From contig JAJDCQ010000115.1 of the NCBI GenBank assembly GCA_029260755.1, positions 24,929-88,928 on the forward strand: 64,000 nucleotides of DNA, in the 5' to 3' direction. Shown here one piece after another: positions 37,333 to 45,335 of the stretch (position 1 is its first letter; every line of letters starts with the position of its first letter). This DNA is from Planctomycetota bacterium (GTDB lineage Bacteria; Planctomycetota; J058; JAJDCQ01). A program made the translations under genes and the position numbers. The notes under the pieces are model-generated. The model saw only the letters and a program-made list of their open reading frames with translations, made no database searches and was not told the DNA's origin.

Positions 37333-37743
37333 TCACTCCGTGCCGCTGGCCGACGTCCCCACCGCGAGCCAGATCGTGGTGATCAAGACCCCGAGCCCGG
37401 CGACCGCGACGGCGCCCACGAGCCCGTCCCCACTCAGATCGAATCGGACGATCTGAATCGAGATCGCGAGGGCGCCCAGGGCTCCGAGGATCGCGAAGGC
37501 GGCGCCGATGAGCCGGTAGTCGATCCTCAGACCGGAGAACTTCGGCGCCCGATCCGGGGGCAGGGGCGCCAGCGGCCGACCGGCCTCGCGCTCGGGCGCG
37601 GCCGCAACGTAGCGTCCGACGCTCGGCGCCGGCTCCCGCCGCATCCCAGCCGACGGAGACGGCCCGCGCACCGGGTCCTCCGTCTCCCGGAGCTCACGCT
37701 TGCGCTCGGCGAGTCGATCGAGCATGTCGCGGTGCTCGCTCAT
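37333..37743 (-). CDS. Small hypothetical two-TM membrane protein
   Basis: AGGA RBS, ATG start, two C-terminal hydrophobic helices. Confidence 0.65.
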   Translation of the reverse strand: MSEHRDMLDRLAERKRELRETEDPVRGPSPSAGMRREPAPSVGRYVAAAPEREAGRPLAPLPPDRAPKFSGLRIDYRLIGAAFAILGALGALAISIQIVRFDLSGDGLVGAVAVAGLGVLITTIWLAVGTSASGTE

Positions 37744-37907
37744 GACGCCATCCTAGCCGCCACGACCAACGGGGCGAAGGGGTCAGGTCTGGTCAGGTCG
37801 GTTCCCGAACGAAACAGAGAGAGGCGCAGAGCCTCGATCTCGATCGAAGCGCTGCGCCTCTGCGTGAGGTCAGGTCATTCTCGGGGACCTGAACCGGGCG
37901 ACGACGA

Positions 37908-39806
37908 CTACCGGCCGTAGTCGATCACGCGCTCGGTCGTGTTGCCGTAGGCGTCCGTCGCGACCACCCGGACGAGCTTGTCGGGCGGGAGGTCGATCTC
38001 GACCTCGAACGCTCCGTCGGCGCCGACCTTCACGGCGGTGCCGTTCACGGTGACGACGGTCTTGGGGTCGGCCTTGCCTCCCACCTTCACGCGGGTGGCG
38101 ACCTCGAGGCTCGGGCCCTTGTCGTCGATCGCGACGCGGATCCGGGCGGCTCCGACGTTGCCGGCGTTGTCGGTCGCCTCGGCAACGATCCAGTGCTCGC
38201 CGCCGGGGAGCTTGACCGTCGCCTCCCAGGCTCCGTCGGCGCCCCTGGTCGCCGGCTGGCCTCCGATGGTGACGGTCGCAATGTCGTCTCCGGGCACCTT
38301 CGTCTTCACGATGACCTCGCCGGCGTGGCGGGTTCCGTCGCCCGGGCTGGCGATCGTGACGCTCGGGGCGGTCGAGTCGCGGGCGACGCTGATCGACTGC
38401 TCGGCGCGGTTGCCGGAGAGGTCGGTCGCGACGGCGACGATGCGGTTCACCCCCTCGGCGAGGATGACGTCGACGGCGTAGCGGCCGCCGCCGAGCTCGG
38501 TCGCCTCGACGCCGAGCACCTCGACCTTGCTCACGCCGCCGTCGTCGGTCACCTGGACGACGGTGCGAACGCGGTGGCCGCGCACGGCCGAGTCGCCGGC
38601 CGGCTCGAGGAACGCGATCCCCGGCGGCGTCTCGTCGAAGAGGACGCGGATCTTGGCCTCGCCGGTCTTGCCGCGAGTGTCCGTTGCCTTGGCGACGATG
38701 GGCGTCCATCCCTGCCCGAGGTCGACGTCGACCAGGTAGGTGCCGTTGGCGCCGGGCGCCTTCCTGTCGTTGACGGTCACGTCGAGCTTTCCGGCTCCGC
38801 CGAGCGTCCGCACCTGGACGCGGATCTTCCGGGCCGACGCCGTCGAGCCGTCCTCGGGCATGAGGATCTCGACGATCGGACCGATGTTCGCCAGGTCGGA
38901 GACCGGCTTGCCGTCGGTGAGGGTGCAGATGTTCTCCTTGGGGATCATCGCCGCGTAACCGCTCTGGACGTCGGCCTCGGCGAAGCGCTCGGCGACCCGC
39001 GCGATCTTCACGATCGCGACCTTGATCCGGTCGCGGCCGAGCGACTCGCCCGTCCGCGGGTCCTTGACCGCGCTTCCCTGGGCGTAGACGTCGAACACCT
39101 GCCCGGACTTGATCCCGCCGGACGAGCCGCGGTTGATCTTGACCTCGCGCTCGGAGCTCGCGATCGCCCGGATCGGGGCGAGCTGGCCCATCACCTTGCC
39201 GACGATCTTGCGGACGCACTCGATGTAGAACTCGTCCTCCTCGTCCCCGCTGAGGCGGTCCTCGGGGCCGCGGCCGCGCGCCTTGAAGCGCTTCCGGACG
39301 TCGACCTTCTCGGCGAGGATGATCTCGCCCGTCTCGGCGTCGACGATCTTCACGTCGGCGACCATCGTCCCGCGCGGGTTGTTCAGGTAGTGGGTGGTGT
39401 TGGGGACGCTCTTGCGGTCGACCTCGAGCCGCCAGATCGACATGGTCGCGCTCAGGAGATAACGCGCGCCGATCATCTTGCCGGCCCGGACGGCCCGGTT
39501 CGGGTCGAGCGCGCCGCTCGAGCTCAGCTCCTGCTCGCTGAGCAGGCTCTCGAGCTTCACCCGCTCGACGACGGTGAACCGCCCCATCCGGACGAGGGCG
39601 CCCTCGACGCGGGTCGCGAGCCGGGTGACGCCGGCGTCGACGACGCCCGGCGACTTGAACGGCAGGACGCAGATGCTCGGTTTCTCGTCCTCGGCGCGGG
39701 CCGCAGTCGCGGGGCCGGCGAGGGCCGCCGAGAGCCCGATGATGGCCGCCATCGCAGCCACGAAGCCACTACGGCGCATAGCGTTGCGTCGAATCATCGT
39801 GATCAT
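37908..39806 (-). CDS. Secreted CsgG/HfaB-like protein with FlgT-C-like domain and tandem Ig-like repeats
   Basis: Signal peptide (ARA|ED), FTVVER.KL..LL.EQ.L, GKMIGARY, KIVDAETGEI, INRG...G...GQ.F.VY, repeated VATD..GN. Alternative start at 39779. Confidence 0.8.
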   Translation of the reverse strand: MITMIRRNAMRRSGFVAAMAAIIGLSAALAGPATAARAEDEKPSICVLPFKSPGVVDAGVTRLATRVEGALVRMGRFTVVERVKLESLLSEQELSSSGALDPNRAVRAGKMIGARYLLSATMSIWRLEVDRKSVPNTTHYLNNPRGTMVADVKIVDAETGEIILAEKVDVRKRFKARGRGPEDRLSGDEEDEFYIECVRKIVGKVMGQLAPIRAIASSEREVKINRGSSGGIKSGQVFDVYAQGSAVKDPRTGESLGRDRIKVAIVKIARVAERFAEADVQSGYAAMIPKENICTLTDGKPVSDLANIGPIVEILMPEDGSTASARKIRVQVRTLGGAGKLDVTVNDRKAPGANGTYLVDVDLGQGWTPIVAKATDTRGKTGEAKIRVLFDETPPGIAFLEPAGDSAVRGHRVRTVVQVTDDGGVSKVEVLGVEATELGGGRYAVDVILAEGVNRIVAVATDLSGNRAEQSISVARDSTAPSVTIASPGDGTRHAGEVIVKTKVPGDDIATVTIGGQPATRGADGAWEATVKLPGGEHWIVAEATDNAGNVGAARIRVAIDDKGPSLEVATRVKVGGKADPKTVVTVNGTAVKVGADGAFEVEIDLPPDKLVRVVATDAYGNTTERVIDYGR

Positions 39807-39981
39807 TGCCTCCGAGCCTGGTGCGGGGTCCCGCGACGTGGGACGCACCGACCGCCCTATCATTCAGCGGCGACTGAGATTCCACAATGGACGAAGACGC
39901 CGGAAACGCCAACCGGCCCCGGGAGGGCGCTGGCGTCGCCGGCGTCTCGCGCCTGCGAGGATCGATCTCCGGGAAGAGCGA

Positions 39982-40581
39982 CTACGCGCGCTTCTTCCGG
40001 ATCTCCTTCTCGTTGATCCAGACGATCTCGGCGAGCTCGATCGACTCCAGCATGAGGGTCAGCTTGTAGTGGATGATGCGCTTGCCGTCGCGCTTCTTGT
40101 CGATCGAGGTGAGCTCGCCCGAGAAGAAGACGTCGGCGCCGACCTGCTTGCCGAAGGCCTTCGCCTGCTTCGGGTCGACCGCGCCGCTCTCCATGTACTC
40201 GATCTCGTCGAGGATGTCCTGACGCCGCTCCTTGTCCGCGGCGAACCGGAACCGGCCGCTCCGGATGAGGCCGTTGCGGATCGAGTTCATCACGTTCCGC
40301 ATGTCGATGTGCTCGGAGGTCTTGTTCCGGACCTTGCTCAGGAGCACGATCAGGCGCTGGCCCTCCTTGGTCTCGTTCTGGAAGGCCTGGATGGCCGGAT
40401 GACTGTTCATGTCATCGATCATCTCCTCGGCCATCATCTGGACGTCGGTCGAGCCGAAGTCCTCGGTGAGGGTCTCGACGGCCTCCTCGTCCTCGTAGGT
40501 CACCTGCTGACCGCCACATCCGGCGATCGCCAGGAGCGCGAACGTCAGCGCCAGCCCGAAACCCTTCCGCGTCGTCTTCAT
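39982..40581 (-). CDS. lpoB: Penicillin-binding protein activator LpoB-like lipoprotein
   Basis: Lipobox IAGC; DFGSTD, V.NKTSEHID, SGRFRF, GKQVGAD, GEL.SI, IVW..EKEIRK. Confidence 0.85.
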   Translation of the reverse strand: MKTTRKGFGLALTFALLAIAGCGGQQVTYEDEEAVETLTEDFGSTDVQMMAEEMIDDMNSHPAIQAFQNETKEGQRLIVLLSKVRNKTSEHIDMRNVMNSIRNGLIRSGRFRFAADKERRQDILDEIEYMESGAVDPKQAKAFGKQVGADVFFSGELTSIDKKRDGKRIIHYKLTLMLESIELAEIVWINEKEIRKKRA

Positions 40582-40740
40582 CGATCGTAGCTCCGTCTCG
40601 ATTCGGGCGAAGCCCCGGCGCCCCGTCCGAACTCTGGACAGCGGCCGGGGCGATCCGATTCGAAGTGCGACCGACGCCGCCCCCCGAACCGTCTTCCCCC
40701 TCGTTCGTTCTGTTCTCTTCCCGACGGCCGCGTCAGACCG

Positions 40741-41166
40741 TCACTTGACCTCTTGCGGCCGACGTACGGCCAGCTTGAACGACTTGGCCCGCCCATCCGG
40801 CGCGGTGCCCTTGATCGGCAGGCGCTGGTGGCCGTAGATGATCTTCGGGTTCCAGTGCTCGGTGTGGCTCTGGAGCTCGAAGCCCGACTCGTCGAACCAC
40901 TCGAACTCGTACTCGAAGCGGATCGTGTCGTCGTCGAGGTTGACGAGCGTCGCCTGGACCTCCAGGAACCCGCTCGTCTCGGCGTTGCGCGTCTTGATGT
41001 CCTGGATCTTCAGATCGTCGTAGAGATCCTCATCGCCGATCAGGACGTCACTCTGTCCGCTCTCGGTATCGACGTTAGCGACGTTTGCCGCCGAAGTCGA
41101 ACACCCGGCGGCGGTCGTCATCAGAAGCGCCACCATCACCACCGTCACCCGCGTACTCGCCGTCAT
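40741..41166 (-). CDS. YcfL/DUF1425-family lipoprotein
   Basis: GGAGGT RBS; lipobox AAGC; LEVQATL.N, Y.FEWFD..GF, W, AP..RA.SF.L. Confidence 0.85.
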   Translation of the reverse strand: MTASTRVTVVMVALLMTTAAGCSTSAANVANVDTESGQSDVLIGDEDLYDDLKIQDIKTRNAETSGFLEVQATLVNLDDDTIRFEYEFEWFDESGFELQSHTEHWNPKIIYGHQRLPIKGTAPDGRAKSFKLAVRRPQEVK

Positions 41167-42775
41167 CCGAACCTCCATCATTGCTCATGCCCCACTTCGG
41201 CTCGGGAGCCTCGCCGATCTCGTCAGCGCCCTTGGCCATGTTCGCGAAGATGTTTCCGTTCACCGATCGGCAGTTGATGAAGAGCCGCCGCCCCTCGGGG
41301 ACGGTGACCTTGCCGAGCTTGAGAGAGTTGAGCTTCCCGCCGCCCTGACCGTGAACGCCGATCGAGAGGTCGGGATACTCGCCGGCCGGCACGGTCACCC
41401 TCAGCACTTGTAGGTTCCTTGGTAACGTCAACCAGCTCCGCAGATCGGCCTGCTCGCTGATCTCGGTCAAGACCGCCCCGGCGACCCGGATGCCGACGTT
41501 GCCCATCACGCCGCCCGCGCCGCCGCTCTGAAGCGCCGCCTGAGCCGCGATGTAGGTCGCCGCCGCCTTGATCCCGAGCCGGACCGCCTGCTTGATGCTC
41601 AACAGCAACATCCGATCCCACAGGAACTTGATCGCGACCGCCTCGATGTTCGTCAGGGAGTAGCTCTGCGCGAGCGCGTCGCTTCCCTTGAGGAGGGTGA
41701 TGTAGGCCTCCGGGGTCGGGCGGGTCTTGTACTTCGGGATCGCGATCTTGCCGTAGACGGTGTCGGTGAGGGGGTTCTTCATCAGGCCGGGGATGAAGAT
41801 CGGGAAGCGGACGGCCAGCTCATCCTTCTCGGGCGCGAGGCCGCACGAGTAGAGGATGAAGACGTCGCCGGTGCCGGACTGTGGCGTCCAGTCGCCCCCG
41901 CCGAACGTCTCCTTCCACTTGTCGTAGGCTTCCTGGTCGCGGAGCTTCTTCGAGATCCGGAGGAGGTCCTCCTTGATCAGCGGGAAGCCCGGGTTCATGT
42001 CGTAGACCCGCTCGTAGGAGATCCGCGCGTTGTCGAGCTCGTAGGAGTAGCCCCGATCGGCCTGCTCCTCGTAGATCACCGCGCTCAGGTAGTGGCCGAT
42101 CGCGAGGTCGTAGACGTTGCTGACCGAGTCGACGACCGCCTGTTGATCGGCCCGCGCCTTGTCGAGCTCCTCGGTCATCTTCGACATGGCCGCCGAGCAG
42201 TCGACGCTGGTGCCGTCCTCGGTCTCGCCCTCCTTCTCGCCGCGCGCCTCCTCGAGCTCCTCCTCGTACTCCTCGCGGAGCTCCTTGAGGCGCTGGTTCG
42301 TCCGGCGGATCTCGACGTGCGCCTCGTCGAGCCTCTCCTGGGTCTGACCGGCGCAGAGGTAGTTCATGCCCCAGAAGATGTGGATCAGCGCCTTCTCGAA
42401 CATCTCCCCCTTGTAGGGGATCGTCTTCTCGTTGATCAGCAGGCTCATCGCCTGCTGCCCGACCTGGGCGCCGGTGCTCTCCTGCTCGTACTCCTCGAAG
42501 AGCCCGAGCGCCGTCTTGAAGTCCGCGTTGCTCTTCTCGAAGTCGCCCGCGGTGTGGACGATCATCCCGCGCTCGAGGACGTAGCAGACCTTGTCGAGGT
42601 CACGTTGCAGGCCCTGCTCGAGGCCGTTGTAGGCCTCGGTGAACCGACCCGCCGCGAAGTGGTTTCGCGCCTCGAGCGTCTGGTCGGGATAGTCGGTGAC
42701 GACCGAGCACCCCGTCGTCCCCAGCAGCACCGTCGCGACGGTGAGTCCGATCGGCGCGAGCTTCCGCCCGTTCAT
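41075..42775 (-). CDS. COG3014-like TPR lipoprotein
   Basis: Lipobox TTGC; LERG, NEKTIPYKGE.FE, G.AP.K, EQADLRSWLTLP. Confidence 0.85.
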   Translation of the reverse strand: MNGRKLAPIGLTVATVLLGTTGCSVVTDYPDQTLEARNHFAAGRFTEAYNGLEQGLQRDLDKVCYVLERGMIVHTAGDFEKSNADFKTALGLFEEYEQESTGAQVGQQAMSLLINEKTIPYKGEMFEKALIHIFWGMNYLCAGQTQERLDEAHVEIRRTNQRLKELREEYEEELEEARGEKEGETEDGTSVDCSAAMSKMTEELDKARADQQAVVDSVSNVYDLAIGHYLSAVIYEEQADRGYSYELDNARISYERVYDMNPGFPLIKEDLLRISKKLRDQEAYDKWKETFGGGDWTPQSGTGDVFILYSCGLAPEKDELAVRFPIFIPGLMKNPLTDTVYGKIAIPKYKTRPTPEAYITLLKGSDALAQSYSLTNIEAVAIKFLWDRMLLLSIKQAVRLGIKAAATYIAAQAALQSGGAGGVMGNVGIRVAGAVLTEISEQADLRSWLTLPRNLQVLRVTVPAGEYPDLSIGVHGQGGGKLNSLKLGKVTVPEGRRLFINCRSVNGNIFANMAKGADEIGEAPEPKWGMSNDGGSDDGEYAGDGGDGGASDDDRRRVFDFGGKRR

Positions 42776-42935
42776 GCTGGCCCCCTGCTCCTTCGAGCGG
42801 GCGCGCGGGCCGAAGCCGGGCGCGCCTTTGCTAAGCAACGATTGGAGGATCGCGAGGCTCTCCGCCCCGCGATCCTCGCGCTCCGATCGACACGGAGCCC
42901 GCCTGTCAGTCCATTCCGCGTCGACGCGCGGTCGT

Positions 42936-44012
42936 CTAGTCGTCGCCCGGCAGGCCGCCGCCGCGGCTGCCGCCCCGACGGCCGGTGTCCGGCGCGGCGT
43001 GGGCGATCGTGCGGACGATCGACCCGTTCGGAACGTCGGCGACCGCTCCGGAGACCTTCGCCTTGCTGAACTTGGGAAGGACCTGGATGATCGTCGCCTC
43101 GCAGAGCTTGATCTCCTCGGAGCCGAGCACCTCGCCGGTGTCGGGGTCGATCATCTCCTCGCCCTGCATGTAGACCGCGACGCGCTGGCCGACGCCGACG
43201 CCGGTTCCCTCGCCGCGGTTGAAGGTGAGCACGCCGCCGGTGAAGGCCATGACCTTCGCCGGGTAGATCGTGTCGAGCACCTTCTGGACGAGCGCGGTGA
43301 TGAGCTGACGGTGGACGTCGTCGGTGAGCTCGGCGGGGATGTCGAGCGTCTGCGAGTTCGCCTTCACCCGCTGCTTGAGCTCCTTGACGGCGCGCGCGTT
43401 CTCGGCGGCGACGATCCGACCGGTCGTCGAGTTGACGATCTTGATGTCGCAGATCATCTGCGCCTTGAGGATGCGGGTGTAGTGGTTCGTGCCAGGAATC
43501 TGGCGGAAGCCCTCGTTGAGGTCGTGCAGCGAGATGCTGCCCATGAGGAGGTAGTCGGCGCCGATGAGCTTGCCGAGCTCGATGTAGCGCGACGGGTCGA
43601 CCGCCCCGCTGTCGCTGAGCATCTGCTCGTCCATGACCTTCTGGAGCGCCTCGCGCTCCACGACCTTGAACTTGTTGCTCTTGACGAGGGTCGTGATGAA
43701 CTTGTCGGTGAGGAGGTTCGTCTCGCCCTGGAGGATCTTCTCGGATTCCTCGGCGGTGAGCTCGGTCGAGTGCGGCCCGCGGACGATCCGGACCTTCTTG
43801 TTGCGCAGAACCTGCTGGTAGTTGAAGTCGAGCACCGCGATGCTCGCCTTCCCCGACTTCGCCGGGGGTGGCGGCGCCGCGGACGGGTCCTCACCCTCGT
43901 AAGGGTCGCCCTGCGCGAGCGCGCTGGCGGGCGCGAACCCGAGGACGAAGACCGCGGCGAGGGCGGCACACGCGAGCGTGACCGCGAGGCGGCGAGGCGA
44001 ACGAGGAGCCAT
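42936..44012 (-). CDS. Secreted CsgG/HfaB-like protein with FlgT-C-like domain
   Basis: Signal peptide, IAVLDF, FKVVER.AL...MDEQ, GKLIGADYLLMGSI, NRG...GV..G, DPDTGEVLG.EE. Confidence 0.85.
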   Translation of the reverse strand: MAPRSPRRLAVTLACAALAAVFVLGFAPASALAQGDPYEGEDPSAAPPPPAKSGKASIAVLDFNYQQVLRNKKVRIVRGPHSTELTAEESEKILQGETNLLTDKFITTLVKSNKFKVVEREALQKVMDEQMLSDSGAVDPSRYIELGKLIGADYLLMGSISLHDLNEGFRQIPGTNHYTRILKAQMICDIKIVNSTTGRIVAAENARAVKELKQRVKANSQTLDIPAELTDDVHRQLITALVQKVLDTIYPAKVMAFTGGVLTFNRGEGTGVGVGQRVAVYMQGEEMIDPDTGEVLGSEEIKLCEATIIQVLPKFSKAKVSGAVADVPNGSIVRTIAHAAPDTGRRGGSRGGGLPGDD

Positions 44013-44382
44013 GGGTGTGTTCCTCCGTGGATCGACAGGCCGCGCTCGGCGTCGTCCCGGTCAGGGGCGACGAGCTGGTCCGTCCGATGGTGTCCTGGAT
44101 GGGCAACAGCTCCCGGGTCCAGCGCGGCCCTGCGCGCAGACCGGGTGGCATGGACGTGCGACGCCCGAGAGGCGCTCGTATTCGCAGGATTCTAGTGAGC
44201 CCGCGGCGACGGGTCAACCGGCGCGACGACCGCGCATGGAATCGACATCCTTATGTAGCAGAATCGTTTGTGCGAATCATCTCGCGGATTCTCGCGGCTC
44301 CGAGCCGGCCCGAGGCGGCTTTCGGCGACGCCGAGCCCGTCCTAGAATGATGACATCCCGCGACCCCTGCCCCGGAGCGCCC

Positions 44383-45267
44383 GTGACGACCCCCGCCGCC
44401 AACTTCGGCGATCGCCTCGCCGACGCCGTCCGCGCCCGCGGCCCCGCCTGCGTCGGGATCGACCCGCGCCCCGACTGGCTCCCCGAGGACGTCCTGCGCG
44501 AGGGCGACATCGGCGCGACGCTCCGCGCCCACGGCGAGGCGGTCGTCGAGGTGGTCGCCGACGCCGCCTCCACCGTGAAGCTCAACTGCGCCTTCTTCGA
44601 GCGGCACGGCGCCGACGGCTGGTCGGCGATGCTCTCGATCGCCCGCGCCGCGCGGGCGCGCGGCCTCGTGACGATCGCCGACGCCAAGCGCTCCGACATC
44701 GGGCCGAGCGCCGCGGCCTACGCCGACGCGTTCCTGGGCGATGACTCGCCGTTCGACGCCGTCACGGTCGTCCCGTGGCTCGGCGAGGACGGCCTGACCC
44801 CGTTCATCGACGCCGCCCACCGAGGCGGTCGCGGGATCTTCTGCGTCCTGCGGTCGTCGAACCCCGGCGCCGAGCGGCTCCAGGAGGTCGAGACGGCGGA
44901 CGACGGGCCGCTCTGGGAGAGCCTCGGACGCACCCTCGCCGCGGCCGAGAAGCCCGGGTCGAGCGGCCTCGGCGCCCTCGGCGCGGTCGTCGGCGCGACG
45001 GTCCCCGACGCGGTCGCCCGCGCGCGCCGCGTCCTGCCGGCCGGCTGGCTGCTCCTCCCGGGCTACGGCGCGCAGGGCGGCGGCGCGGCGGCGATCGTCC
45101 CCGCCCTCGACGAGGCCGGCCTCGGGGCGATCGTCAACGCGTCCCGTTCGGTCGTCTTCCCGTGGCGTGCGGACGGCGAGGCGCCCGGGCCGAGCTGGCG
45201 CGACCGGGTGCGGGCGGCGCTCGACGCCATGAACTCGGACCTGGGCTCCGCGACCCGTCGCGAGTGA
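44383..45267 (+). CDS. pyrF: Orotidine 5'-phosphate decarboxylase
   Basis: CVGIDP, K.N.AFFE, DAKRSDIG, RSSNPG, GAVVGAT, LLPGYGAQGG, NASRS. Confidence 0.95.
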   Translation: MTTPAANFGDRLADAVRARGPACVGIDPRPDWLPEDVLREGDIGATLRAHGEAVVEVVADAASTVKLNCAFFERHGADGWSAMLSIARAARARGLVTIADAKRSDIGPSAAAYADAFLGDDSPFDAVTVVPWLGEDGLTPFIDAAHRGGRGIFCVLRSSNPGAERLQEVETADDGPLWESLGRTLAAAEKPGSSGLGALGAVVGATVPDAVARARRVLPAGWLLLPGYGAQGGGAAAIVPALDEAGLGAIVNASRSVVFPWRADGEAPGPSWRDRVRAALDAMNSDLGSATRRE

Positions 45268-45335
45268 ACCGAACGCCTCGCCCCGGGTTACCGGGCGATG
45301 GCCCGCGCGCGAGAGACGAGCCCCGAAGAGACCCC

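Noticed and set aside
37908..44012. Curli biogenesis operon
   Set aside because: No csgA/B/E/F-like genes, and the CsgG-like proteins lack lipoboxes.
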